DNA of 64,000 nt from Hyphomicrobiales bacterium (GCA_035547055.1 DASZVN010000057.1:25975-89974), one strand, 5' to 3'; shown: positions 50,117 through 59,153, counted from the stretch's first letter. Notes: generated from the letters alone by a model not told the origin. Translations and numbers: made by a program.

Positions 50117-51172
50117 TCATTCTGCTTCCATGAAGTCGAACGGCTTTGCAGGGACGAATCGGTTCGATGCCTCGCCGGCAAGGATGCGGTTCATGTCCAC
50201 CCCGAGATCCAGTTTGCGGACATGCGCACCTTCGGAGAAGTCGAGCTTCTTCATATCCACCCAGAAAACGTTGGGTGACGTTGCCGATTCTCCATAGAAA
50301 ATCATGCTCTTCTGATCCGCCACTACGCGCCAACGCGTCGTGGACAGGTTCGGCGCACCGGGAAGGCTCACGCCATAGGGTGCCGAAGCGTTGCGGATCA
50401 CGCTGAATACTGCGGCGGCGGCAATCCGGGGGTCGTCGCTCTGGGTCACCGCGTTGATGTAGAAGCCGGCGCGCACGAAACGGTCTTCGGAGCGGCTGCT
50501 GCCGGGCAGGAAGTTGAGGGAGTCGACCGCGCTCCAGTATCTCTGGTTGGCGAGCTGCATGTCATAGGGCGGGTCGTTCGTCACCACCTGATAGGCACGG
50601 TCATGATGGATGCTCAGCTTTCCGTCGATCCACTCAAGAACAGCACTGTCGCCGGTCGCGTCGGAGAGCGTCAGATGCAGCGGCGCGAGACTGCCGGGAC
50701 GGCCGGGCACCTCGCCGCTCACGACCTGCACAGGATGGGCGCGCGTATATTCAACCGCCTTCGAGACCGTTGCGAACTGATCGAGGTAGAATTGCGCCCA
50801 GATCGAGAGCGACATGCGCGGCGTCGTCCCGTCGTCCTCCGGGAACTTTGTGGCGTTGAGCCATAGCAGGCTGGCGTTGAGGCCGGCTTCGTTCATGCCG
50901 TCTACCGTCGAGATATCATAGCCGGAGACGGCCAGGCTGCCGTATTTCGACGTCCATTCCACCGAACGCGGACCGGCGGCTCCATTGCGCTTCATCCCGC
51001 GGGGAAAGACCCAGAAGTTGCTGACCATCGGATCCTTGAAGTCCATGTTGCGGCCAGTGAGATTGCGTCCGTCCGGCCCGTGATAGACGACCCGTGTACA
51101 GGCCTGGGCCTCGGCGGTCAGCAGCGCCGTAGCAGCGGTCAAGGCGACGAGAATGCGTGTGAATCGAGACAT
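50117..51172 (-). CDS. secreted linear amide C-N hydrolase, choloylglycine hydrolase (penicillin V acylase / bile salt hydrolase) family
   Basis: Signal peptide ends AEAQA, followed by the N-terminal nucleophile Cys (CTRVVY). Ntn-hydrolase pattern RNMDF. Visibly lower G+C and more A/T-ending codons than flanking genes. Confidence 0.8.
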   Translation of the reverse strand: MSRFTRILVALTAATALLTAEAQACTRVVYHGPDGRNLTGRNMDFKDPMVSNFWVFPRGMKRNGAAGPRSVEWTSKYGSLAVSGYDISTVDGMNEAGLNASLLWLNATKFPEDDGTTPRMSLSIWAQFYLDQFATVSKAVEYTRAHPVQVVSGEVPGRPGSLAPLHLTLSDATGDSAVLEWIDGKLSIHHDRAYQVVTNDPPYDMQLANQRYWSAVDSLNFLPGSSRSEDRFVRAGFYINAVTQSDDPRIAAAAVFSVIRNASAPYGVSLPGAPNLSTTRWRVVADQKSMIFYGESATSPNVFWVDMKKLDFSEGAHVRKLDLGVDMNRILAGEASNRFVPAKPFDFMEAE

Positions 51173-51214
51173 GTCGAACACCAATCCATAAAGGCTGCGC
51201 GAAACCTTTGCCGA

Positions 51215-51712
51215 TCAGAACCGATAGGTCATGCCGAGAACCGGGCCACTGAGACGCGTGTCGTAGACGTGGCCGCTGTGATCGTAGTCGACGTCGAGGA
51301 CCTTGTAGCCCGCGGAAGCGGAAAGGCGATCGCTGAAGACATAATTGACGGTCGCCAGCACCGACCATGTGAGATCGGAACCAGCGCCGAAGCTCCCGAT
51401 GTCGGCCTGCCCCTGCAGCGACGGCTTATCCGTCAGCGGAAGGAAGGCGCGCAGGCTACCCGGCGGCTCGACCCGGCCGACGCTTTCGCCATAACTGACA
51501 GACCCGCTCATGCCGCCAAGGCTCCCTGTAAGGGTCACATCGTTGGAAATGCGCCAGAAGCGCGCATCGCCAACGGCGTCAAGGATGAACGGCGGCGTAT
51601 TGATGACGCGGTCGCCGCCCGTCAATGTCGCGGTGAACTGTGTCGTGTAGACCTTCGCATCGATTTCTCGGGCGAGATTATGTCGATACGACGGACAGGC
51701 GGCAATATCGCG
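51215..51712 (-). pseudogene. 5'-truncated outer-membrane beta-barrel gene remnant
   Basis: Ends in the classic OMP terminal strand ...GPVLGMTYRF. The open frame reaches only an in-frame stop at 51713-51715, next to tRNA-Ser. It has no ATG and no signal peptide. Confidence 0.5.
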
Positions 51713-51737
51713 TCATTAGACGGCAATCGGCGGCCAG

Positions 51738-51827
51738 TGGCGGAGAGGGTGGGATTCGAACCCACGATACGGTTGCCCGTATACACGCTTTCCAAGCGTG
51801 CGCCTTCAGCCGCTCGGCCACCCCTCC
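51738..51827 (-). tRNA. tRNA-Ser (anticodon GGA), CCA encoded
   Basis: Hand-folded cloverleaf. Acceptor GGAGGGG/CCTCTCC, anticodon stem CACGC/GCGTG with loop TTGGAAA, long variable arm ATACGG-GCAA-CCGTAT, T arm GTGGG-TTCGAAT-CCCAC. Confidence 0.9.
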
Positions 51828-51978
51828 GGTGGGCGCCCTCTTAGCCCATCATCGCGAAAGGTGGGAAGCGGTTTTAGCCGGCGGGGTGGCTGCCGCGTCC
51901 GCGGGCCGAGCATGATGCCGCCGCCCGCCGCGACCTTGCCCGCCCCGGCCTTTTCTCCTAAAGGGAGGCGCGGTTCAT

Positions 51979-52055
51979 GCAGCTGTAGCTCAGTTGGTTA
52001 GAGCGCCTGACTGTGGATCAGGAGGCCGGTGGTTCGAGTCCACCCAGCTGTACCA
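51979..52055 (+). tRNA. tRNA-His (anticodon GTG), CCA encoded, no genomically encoded G-1, A73 discriminator
   Basis: Acceptor GCAGCTG/CAGCTGT, D arm GCTC-AGTTGGTTA-GAGC, anticodon stem CCTGA/TCAGG with loop CTGTGGA, T arm GGTGG-TTCGAGT-CCACC. The nucleotide before G1 is T. Confidence 0.9.
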
Positions 52056-52177
52056 CCGCCCAGTCCCTCCCGCCTTGCAAACACAAGCCAGCTCGGCGCC
52101 GGCGGCTCTTTCGTCACCCCGGCGGCGTGGCGTAGCGTCCCGCCGCGCCGCTCGCGCGCGATGGAGGAGATGCAGGC

Positions 52178-52885
52178 ATGACGGTCGAGGAAGCCCAGGC
52201 GACGCTGGTCGACGCCAACCACGTGCTGGCCCGCGAGGGCATTGTCGATGCCTATGGCCACGTCAGCGTGCGCCATCCGTCCCGGCCCGACCGCTTCTTC
52301 ATGTCGTGCTCGCGAAGCCCCGCGATCGTCGCGCCGGCCGACATCATGGAATTCATGCTCGACGGCACCGCGCTCGATCCGCGCGGGCGCACGCCCTATC
52401 TCGAGCGCTTCATCCACGGCGCGGTCTACGAGGCGCGGCCCGAGGTGAACTCCGTCGTCCACAACCATTCCTACGCGCTGATCCCGTTCGGGGTCGTCAA
52501 CACGCCGATCCGGCCGATCTTCCACATCGGCGCGCGGATCGGCCGCGAGGTGCCGGTGTGGGACATCCGCGACCGCTTCGGCGACACCAACCTCCTCGTC
52601 ACGAGCATGGAAATCGGCCGCGACCTCACGACGACGCTCGCCGGCAACGTCGCCCTCCTGATGCGCGGCCACGGTTCCGTCGTCACCGGCGAGTCGATTC
52701 AGGATTCGGTGCTCTCGGCGCTCTACCTCCAGGTCAACGCCCAGCTCCAGATGCAGGCGATGCAGCTCGGAGAGGTCAGCTACCTTACGCCGGGCGAGAT
52801 CGACATCGGCATGGCGGAGACCCGCACCCGCATCGGCGCCGACCGCGCCTGGCAGTACCTGCTGTCGCGGCTGGAGCGGCGATGA
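52178..52885 (+). CDS. class II aldolase/adducin family protein
   Basis: DAYGHVSVR, HNHS, and a MRGHG His-ligand pattern. 235 aa. Confidence 0.8.
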   Translation: MTVEEAQATLVDANHVLAREGIVDAYGHVSVRHPSRPDRFFMSCSRSPAIVAPADIMEFMLDGTALDPRGRTPYLERFIHGAVYEARPEVNSVVHNHSYALIPFGVVNTPIRPIFHIGARIGREVPVWDIRDRFGDTNLLVTSMEIGRDLTTTLAGNVALLMRGHGSVVTGESIQDSVLSALYLQVNAQLQMQAMQLGEVSYLTPGEIDIGMAETRTRIGADRAWQYLLSRLERR

Positions 52886-52937
52886 GGCGGATCACGTTGC
52901 CTGCCTAATCGTAACGCGTTACAGTCCCGGCGTCCGA

Positions 52938-53174
52938 ATGTCGGAAATCGCGACGATGGCTGCTCCAGCCGAGAGAATGAAGGCGTTGCGTCAACGGCGC
53001 CATACCCGGGGGCTGCGCGAATTGCGGCTGGTGGTGCCGGACGCTCGCTCGCGTGCGGTCCGCGAGCGGGTGGCTGCGGCGGTTGCGCGCCTCGATCCGA
53101 ATGACGAGGAGGAAGCCCTGCGTTGGATCGAGGTGGTGTCGGAGTTCGACACGCGGAACGTCGCCGACGAATGA
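52938..53174 (+). CDS. type II antitoxin, DUF3018/MazE-like
   Basis: RMKALRQRRHTRGLRELRLVVPDARS resembles DUF3018 antitoxins. Its stop overlaps the toxin ATG (ATGA). Confidence 0.7.
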   Translation: MSEIATMAAPAERMKALRQRRHTRGLRELRLVVPDARSRAVRERVAAAVARLDPNDEEEALRWIEVVSEFDTRNVADE

Positions 53175-53500
53175 AGCGGGGCGACGTTGTGACGGTCGCC
53201 GCGTCTGGCGACTACGGGAAACCGCGGCCTGCGGTAATCGTCCAGACCGACGCGCTGCCGGACGCTCATGCGTCGATCATCGTCTGCCAAATGACCTCTT
53301 CGATTGTTCTGGCGGACGATTTTCGCGTTACGATCGAACCGAGCGCGCGCAATGGGCTGAACGTTCGATCGCAGATCATGGTCGACAAGCCCGTTACCGT
53401 ACGTCGCGAGCGCATCGATCGAGCGATTGGACACCTCGATGAGAACGATCTTTCCCGCCTCAACGCGGCGCTCGCCTTCGTGATGGGTCTTTCCGATTAG
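53171..53500 (+). CDS. type II toxin, PemK/MazF family endoribonuclease
   Basis: MKRGDVVTV...GKPRPAVIVQTD...MVDKPVTV is the MazF/PemK SH3-like fold pattern. 109 aa. Confidence 0.85.
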   Translation: MKRGDVVTVAASGDYGKPRPAVIVQTDALPDAHASIIVCQMTSSIVLADDFRVTIEPSARNGLNVRSQIMVDKPVTVRRERIDRAIGHLDENDLSRLNAALAFVMGLSD

Positions 53501-53520
53501 CGCGTCCCGACCTTTTCTCT

Positions 53521-54522
53521 TTACGGCACCAAGAGGAGCGAAGCCGTCGTGCGGCCGCCCTCCACGTCCTCGTGGGCCCGCGCCGCCTGGGCGAGAGGAT
53601 AGGTCCGGCTCACCGCCACTTTGAGCACGCCCTGAGCCACGAGGGCGAAGAGGTCGGCGGCAGCGGCCCGGAGGCTCGGGGTGTCGCCGGCGATGAAGTG
53701 GAGGCCGGGCCGGCACACCGAGAGCGAGCCCTTGGCGGCGAGGAGGATCAGATCGAGCGGCGGTACGTGGCCCGAGGCGTTGCCGTAGTTCACCGCCATG
53801 CCGAACGGGCGGATGCAGTCGAGCGAACGGACGAACGTGTCCTTGCCGACCCCGTCGAACACGGCGGAGACACCCTCGCCGCCGGTCAGCGCCTTGGCGG
53901 CGGCGACGAAATCCACCTCGCGGTAGAGGATGGTCTCGTCGCAGCCGTTGGCCTCGGCGATCGCGGCTTTCCCGGCGTTGCCAACGGTACCGATCACGCG
54001 GGCGCCGAGGTGGCTCGCCCATTGGCAGAGCAGGGTGCCGACCCCGCTCGCGGCGGCGTGGACCAGGATGATGTCGTCCGGCTTCGGCGTGAACACGCGG
54101 CGGACGATCATTGCCGCGGTCAGGCCCTTGACCATCAGCGCTGCCGCCTGCTGCTCCGTCACGCCGTCCGGCAGCACCACCAGCCGGTCGACCGGCACGT
54201 TGCGCGCCTCGGCATAGGCGCCGGTGTGCTCGTAGAAGCCGCCGTGCATCCCGGCATAGGCGACGCGGTCGCCAGGCCGGACGTCGACCACGCCCGGGGC
54301 GACCGCCTCGACCACGCCCGCGGCCTCGTTGCCGAGGATCAGCGGCAGCTTGGGCGGGGCCACCGGATAGAAGCCGCCGCGGCGGACGTTCACGTCCGAG
54401 AAATTGACGCCGATCGCGGTGTGACGGACGCGCGCCTCGCCAGGACCCGGCGGCGGCAGCTCCACCTCGTCCAGGCGCATCACCTCGGGCCCGCCATGGG
54501 CATGGATGCGAACCGCCTTCAT
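53521..54522 (-). CDS. NADPH:quinone oxidoreductase (zeta-crystallin/Qor, MDR superfamily)
   Basis: MKAVRIHAHGGPEVM..., GVNFSDV, AAASGVGT nucleotide-binding motif. 333 aa. Confidence 0.85.
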   Translation of the reverse strand: MKAVRIHAHGGPEVMRLDEVELPPPGPGEARVRHTAIGVNFSDVNVRRGGFYPVAPPKLPLILGNEAAGVVEAVAPGVVDVRPGDRVAYAGMHGGFYEHTGAYAEARNVPVDRLVVLPDGVTEQQAAALMVKGLTAAMIVRRVFTPKPDDIILVHAAASGVGTLLCQWASHLGARVIGTVGNAGKAAIAEANGCDETILYREVDFVAAAKALTGGEGVSAVFDGVGKDTFVRSLDCIRPFGMAVNYGNASGHVPPLDLILLAAKGSLSVCRPGLHFIAGDTPSLRAAAADLFALVAQGVLKVAVSRTYPLAQAARAHEDVEGGRTTASLLLVP

Positions 54523-54608
54523 CCTGAGCGTCCCCCCGCCGGCGCCGCCTTGACAGGGCAGCGGCCCGCGGCATCCATTGCAGCCCTGCCGGCGGGGAGG
54601 CAAGGCCG

Positions 54609-55514
54609 ATGCTCGACAAGGTCGTGATCACCTGCGCGGTGACCGGCAACCTCACCACCACCGACCAGCATCCCGGCCTGCCCGTCACGCCGGACGAGAT
54701 CGCCGGCGCCGCGCTCGATGCCGCCAAGGCCGGCGCCGCCGTCGCCCACATCCACGTCCGCGACCCGGCGACCGGGCGCCCGTCGATGGACATCGCGCAT
54801 TACCGGGCCACGCTGGAGCGCATCCGCGCCGTCAATTCCGATCTCATCTTGAACGTCACCACCGGGCCGGGCGGCCGCTTCGTGCCCTCCGACGACGACC
54901 CCAAGATCGCTGCGCCCGGCACCACGCTGATGCGGCCCGAGGATCGCGTCGCCCACATCCCGATCCTGAAGCCGGACATCGCGACGCTCGACCTCGACAC
55001 CATGAATTCCGGACAGGAGGTCGTGATCAACACGCCGAAGAACGTGCGGCGCATGGCGGCGGTCATCAACGCCGCGGGGGTCCTGCCGGAGATCGAGCTG
55101 TTCGACTCCGGCGACATCGCGATGTGGAAGGACATGCTGAAGGACGGCTCGCTCCGTCCGCCTTTGCTGTGCTCGGTCGTGATGGGCGTCCGCTTCGGCT
55201 TCCAGCCTTCGCCGGAGACCGTGCTCTACGCGCGGAGCCAGCTTCCTGCCGGCGCGGCCTTCACCGCATTCGGCACCGGGCGGGCGGCCTTTCCGATGGT
55301 GGCGCAGTCGGTGCTCGCCGGCGGCCATGCCCGCGTCGGCCTGGAGGACGCGGTCCAGATCGAGCGCGGCGTGCTGGCGCCTTCCAACGCGGCGATGGTC
55401 GAGAAGGCGCGGCGCATCGTCGAGGCGCTCGGCGTCTCGATCGCGACCCCGGCCGAGGCCCGCGCCCTCTTCGGCCTGCCCGCGCGTGGTGGCGATGTCC
55501 GCCGCTCGGCCTGA
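54609..55514 (+). CDS. 3-keto-5-aminohexanoate cleavage enzyme family protein (BKACE/DUF849)
   Basis: VVITCAVTG....TPDEIA..A..A..AGAAVAHIHVRD is the BKACE N-terminal TIM-barrel signature. Confidence 0.85.
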   Translation: MLDKVVITCAVTGNLTTTDQHPGLPVTPDEIAGAALDAAKAGAAVAHIHVRDPATGRPSMDIAHYRATLERIRAVNSDLILNVTTGPGGRFVPSDDDPKIAAPGTTLMRPEDRVAHIPILKPDIATLDLDTMNSGQEVVINTPKNVRRMAAVINAAGVLPEIELFDSGDIAMWKDMLKDGSLRPPLLCSVVMGVRFGFQPSPETVLYARSQLPAGAAFTAFGTGRAAFPMVAQSVLAGGHARVGLEDAVQIERGVLAPSNAAMVEKARRIVEALGVSIATPAEARALFGLPARGGDVRRSA

Positions 55515-56508
55515 AGCGGTGTTCGAGGGCAGGGCGCTCCGCCTCTCGGAGAGGGCGGCGTCGATCGCAGCGTTCCGGCCGGCGCTGGAGCCGCGCCGCT
55601 TCGCCTGCAGTCGCGACGACGAGGTCGTGGTCGAGGTCCACGCCGCCGGCGTCAACCAGAGCGACGCCAAGGCCGCGCTCGGCACGATGCCGCAGGCAGT
55701 CTGGCCGCGCACGCCGGGACGCGATTTTGCCGGGATCGTCGTCGACGGCCCGGCGGCGCTCATGGGCCGGGCCGTCTGGGGCACGGGCGGCGACCTCGGC
55801 ATCACCCGCGACGGCAGCCACGCCACTCATCTCGTGCTGCCGGCCAATGCCGTGGCGCTGAAGCCGGCAGCGGTGCCGATGCGCGAGGCCGGCGGCGCCG
55901 GCGTGCCGTTCGTCACCGCGCTGCTTGGCTTCGAGCGCGCCGGCATGCCGCGCCCTGGCGATTTCGTCCTGGTGCTCGGCGTCAACGGCAAGGTCGGCCA
56001 GGCGGCGGCGCAGATCGCGACCGCCCGCGGCGCCAAGGTGATCGGCGTCGGGCGCGGCGGCGGCTACGCCGGCCACGCCAGCGCTCCGGTCGACTTCGTC
56101 GACGGCAGCGCGCCGGAGCGGGTCGCCCAGGCGGTGAGGGCGCTGACGGCAGGCCATGGCGCCGACATCGTGATGAACGCGGTCGGAAGCCCCTATTTCG
56201 ACGCGGCGCAGGAGGCGCTCGCGAGCTTCGGCCGCCAGATCATCCTGGCGAGCCTCGCGCCGGTGGTGCCGCTGCGGATTTTCGATTTCTACCATGGCAG
56301 CCATGCCTATTTCGGCGTCGACTCGCTCGGCCTCGACGCCGCGGCCTCGGCGCGGCTGCTGGAACGGCTCGCGCCGGATTTCGAGGCGGGCCGGCTCGTC
56401 GCCTTTCCGGCCGCGGGCGGCGTCCATCCGTTCGCGGAGGCCGCCGCCGCCTATGCCGAGGCGCTCGCCGGCGGCCGCGGGCGCGTCATCCTGATTCCGA
56501 ACGGGTAG
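55495..56508 (+). CDS. zinc-type/MDR alcohol dehydrogenase-like oxidoreductase
   Basis: GVNQSDAKA, GRDFAG, LGVNGKVGQAAAQIA Rossmann motif. ATG 55495 overlaps the BKACE gene by 20 nt. Confidence 0.75.
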   Translation: MSAARPEAVFEGRALRLSERAASIAAFRPALEPRRFACSRDDEVVVEVHAAGVNQSDAKAALGTMPQAVWPRTPGRDFAGIVVDGPAALMGRAVWGTGGDLGITRDGSHATHLVLPANAVALKPAAVPMREAGGAGVPFVTALLGFERAGMPRPGDFVLVLGVNGKVGQAAAQIATARGAKVIGVGRGGGYAGHASAPVDFVDGSAPERVAQAVRALTAGHGADIVMNAVGSPYFDAAQEALASFGRQIILASLAPVVPLRIFDFYHGSHAYFGVDSLGLDAAASARLLERLAPDFEAGRLVAFPAAGGVHPFAEAAAAYAEALAGGRGRVILIPNG

Positions 56509-56518
56509 GGGAAAGACG

Positions 56519-56875
56519 ATGCACGTCACGCGATTTGCGGCGGCGCCGCGCTATGACGCGCCGGGCCATTTCGACATGCGGATGCTGCGCCTGCAGGGAC
56601 AGGAGGCCGGGCCGTCGTCCCGGATGTGGCTCGGCACCTCCCACTTCCTGCCCGGCGGCCACACCGAGCTCGTGCCGTCGCCCTGCGAGAAGGTCTATGT
56701 CGTGCTCGACGGCGAGGTGGTGCTCGACAACGGCACCGAGGAGGCGGTGCTCGGCCAGTGGGACTCGGTCCGCTTCGCGCCCGGCGAGGCGCGCCGCCTG
56801 ACCAACCGCACCAACCGTCCGGCCACGACCCTCCTGATCATGGCGGTCGACCCGGGGGAGAGCGAGAAAAGGTAA
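56519..56875 (+). CDS. cupin domain-containing protein
   Basis: 118 aa. Cupin-like beta strands, G..H.E...E.VYVVLDGE...G.....L...D.V.F.PGE. Confidence 0.65.
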   Translation: MHVTRFAAAPRYDAPGHFDMRMLRLQGQEAGPSSRMWLGTSHFLPGGHTELVPSPCEKVYVVLDGEVVLDNGTEEAVLGQWDSVRFAPGEARRLTNRTNRPATTLLIMAVDPGESEKR

Positions 56876-56986
56876 GGCCTCGCCGTCATTGCGAGGAGGC
56901 GAAGCCGACGAAGCAACCCATGGGCATCAGGCGCTGCATTCGCGGCCCCTGGATCGCTTGGCTTCGCTCGCAATAGCGGGCGGTTG

Positions 56987-58006
56987 TCAGTGCCGGCGAT
57001 CGGCGACGAACTCGACCACGTCGTGGAGCGCCTGCTTCACCGGCCCGTCGGGAAACAGCGCCAGCGCGTCCTGGGCCATCGCGCCGTAGTGGCGGGCGCG
57101 GGTCAGCGTCGCCTCGAGTGCGCCGTGGCGCTGGAGGAGCTGGATCGCCTGCTCGAGGTCGCCGTCGCCGATCTCGCCGCGCTCCAGCGTGCGCCGCCAG
57201 AAGTCACGCTCGGCCTCGTTGCCGCGGCGGAACGCCAGCACCACCGGCAGCGTGATCTTGCCCTCGCGAAAATCGTCGCCGGTGTTCTTGCCGAGGAGGG
57301 CGCCCTGGCCGCCATAGTCGAGCGCGTCGTCGACGAGCTGGAAGGCGATGCCGAGATTGGCGCCGTAGGAGCGGCAGGCGGCCTGCTCGGCCTTGGGGCT
57401 GCGGGCCACCGCCGTGCCGACCTCGCAGGCGGCGGCGAAGAGAGCCGCGGTCTTGGCGCGGACCACCGCGAGATACTCGTCCTCGGTGGTCGCGGTGTTC
57501 TTGGCGGCGGCGAGCTGCATCACCTCGCCCTCGGCGATCACCGCGGCGGCCGCCGAGAGGATGTCGAGGCAGGGCAGGGAGCCGACCTCGACCATCATCT
57601 TGAAGGCCTGGCCGAGCAGGAAGTCGCCGACGAGCACGCTCGCTTCGTTGCCCCACAGCACGCGGGCGGCACGCTTGCCGCGGCGCATGTCGCTCTCGTC
57701 GACCACGTCGTCGTGGAGCAGCGTTGCCGTGTGCATGAACTCGACCGCGGCGGAGAGCCGCAGATGACCGTCGCCGCGATAGCCGGCGAGGCGAGCCGCA
57801 GCGAGCGTCAGCATCGGGCGCAGCCGCTTGCCGCCCGAGGAGATCAGGTGCTGGGCAATCTGCGGCACCATCTCGACCTCGGAGGAGGTGCGCGACAGGA
57901 TCAGCGCGTTGACCCGCTCCATGTCGGCGGCGACCAGCCCGACGAGAGCTTCGATGCCCTGCTGTCCCTCGGGACGCGGCTCGTCCAGCGCTACGACCAC
58001 ACCCAC
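56987..58006 (-). CDS. ispB: polyprenyl diphosphate synthase (octaprenyl/IspB-like)
   Basis: GGKRLRP, FARM LLHDDVVD, SARM QLVDDALD. GTG 58006 follows GGGAGAG. The remaining upstream ORF is an artefact. Confidence 0.85.
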   Translation of the reverse strand: MGVVVALDEPRPEGQQGIEALVGLVAADMERVNALILSRTSSEVEMVPQIAQHLISSGGKRLRPMLTLAAARLAGYRGDGHLRLSAAVEFMHTATLLHDDVVDESDMRRGKRAARVLWGNEASVLVGDFLLGQAFKMMVEVGSLPCLDILSAAAAVIAEGEVMQLAAAKNTATTEDEYLAVVRAKTAALFAAACEVGTAVARSPKAEQAACRSYGANLGIAFQLVDDALDYGGQGALLGKNTGDDFREGKITLPVVLAFRRGNEAERDFWRRTLERGEIGDGDLEQAIQLLQRHGALEATLTRARHYGAMAQDALALFPDGPVKQALHDVVEFVADRRH

Positions 58007-58153
58007 GGATCTGCTCTCCCGGTTCCGGCCGGCCCCAAGTGCCGCGGGACCATATGCGGCAGCGTCGGGGCGAGACAAGCGCCGCGTGCCGCAGCGATGA
58101 CGAGGTGCGCTATCTGTGGGACAGTCGGCACAGTGCGGGAGAGCCGTGAGGCC

Positions 58154-58381
58154 ATGAAGGAACTGCTGCGCAGCAACGATATCGTGCTGATCTCCTTCGT
58201 CGAGACGCTGCTGCGCCAGGCGAACATCGGCCATCTCGTGCTCGACGGACACATGAGCGCGCTGGAGGGCTCGGTCGGCGCCCTGCCGCGCCGCGTCCTG
58301 GTCGACGAGGGCCAGCTCGCCCGCGCCAAGCGGCTCCTCGCCGAGGAGGGCCTCGGCCACGAGCTCGGGGACCGTGCCTGA
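58154..58381 (+). CDS. DUF2007 domain-containing protein
   Basis: MKELLRSNDIVLISFVETLL...VLVDEGQLARAKRLL matches the DUF2007 pattern. 75 aa. Confidence 0.7.
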   Translation: MKELLRSNDIVLISFVETLLRQANIGHLVLDGHMSALEGSVGALPRRVLVDEGQLARAKRLLAEEGLGHELGDRA

Positions 58382-59153
58382 GCGCTCGGCAGCGGCGGAC
58401 GCGCCTCGCGACCTCACCGAGGACCGGCTGCTTGGCGGGCGCGTGGCGGTACGCCAGCCGCGCCGCGGCCACCGTGCCGGCAGCGATGCGATCCTTCTCG
58501 CCGCGAGCGTGCCGGCCGTCGCCGGCGAGCGGGCGATCGATCTCGGTGCCGGCGTCGGCACCGCCGGTCTCGCCCTCCACGCCCGTGCCGGCGCCCGCGT
58601 GCTCCTGGTCGAGATCGACCCGGCGCTGGCCGGGCTCGCCGTCGAGAATGTCGACCTCAATCGAGCGGGGGCCGATGTCATGGCGTTGATCGGCGATGCG
58701 GCGACACTCCGCCCCGAGGCTGCGGCCGGCTTCGCGCCCGCCGATCATGTTCTCGCGAACCCGCCCTTCAACCCGCCGACCGGCCGGCGGCCGCCCGACC
58801 CGCGGACCGCGCGGGCACGCGTGGCCGAGGCCGATACGCTCGACGCCTGGGCGCGGACGGCGGCGCGGCTGCTGCGCCCGGGCGGCAGCTTCACCATGAT
58901 CTGCCGCGCCGACGGCGTCGCGGCGGCGCTTGCCTCCTTCGAGAGCCGCTTCGGCGGCCTCGCCCTGCGTTTCGTCCACGGCCGCGAAGGGGAACCGGCG
59001 GTCCGCCTCCTGATCGGGGGCTGGCGCGGCAGCCGCGCCCCTCTTCGGGTCCTGCCGCCGCTCGTGCTGAACGGCGCGGACGGCCGGTTGACGGCAATGG
59101 CGGAGGCCATCCATCGCGACGCGGAGCCTCTCCCGCTCCTTGCGGCCGCCTGA
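58374..59153 (+). CDS. class I SAM-dependent N6-adenine methyltransferase (tRNA1(Val) m6A37 methyltransferase-like)
   Basis: AIDLGAGVGTAGL SAM motif and catalytic NPPF (VLANPPFNPP). GTG start overlaps the DUF2007 stop. Confidence 0.75.
   Translation: MPERSAAADAPRDLTEDRLLGGRVAVRQPRRGHRAGSDAILLAASVPAVAGERAIDLGAGVGTAGLALHARAGARVLLVEIDPALAGLAVENVDLNRAGADVMALIGDAATLRPEAAAGFAPADHVLANPPFNPPTGRRPPDPRTARARVAEADTLDAWARTAARLLRPGGSFTMICRADGVAAALASFESRFGGLALRFVHGREGEPAVRLLIGGWRGSRAPLRVLPPLVLNGADGRLTAMAEAIHRDAEPLPLLAAA

Noticed and set aside
51080-51844. 254-aa plus-strand ORF across the hydrolase/OMP/tRNA-Ser region
   Set aside because: It is antisense to two better-supported genes and runs through the tRNA-Ser gene. 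Its composition is artefactual.
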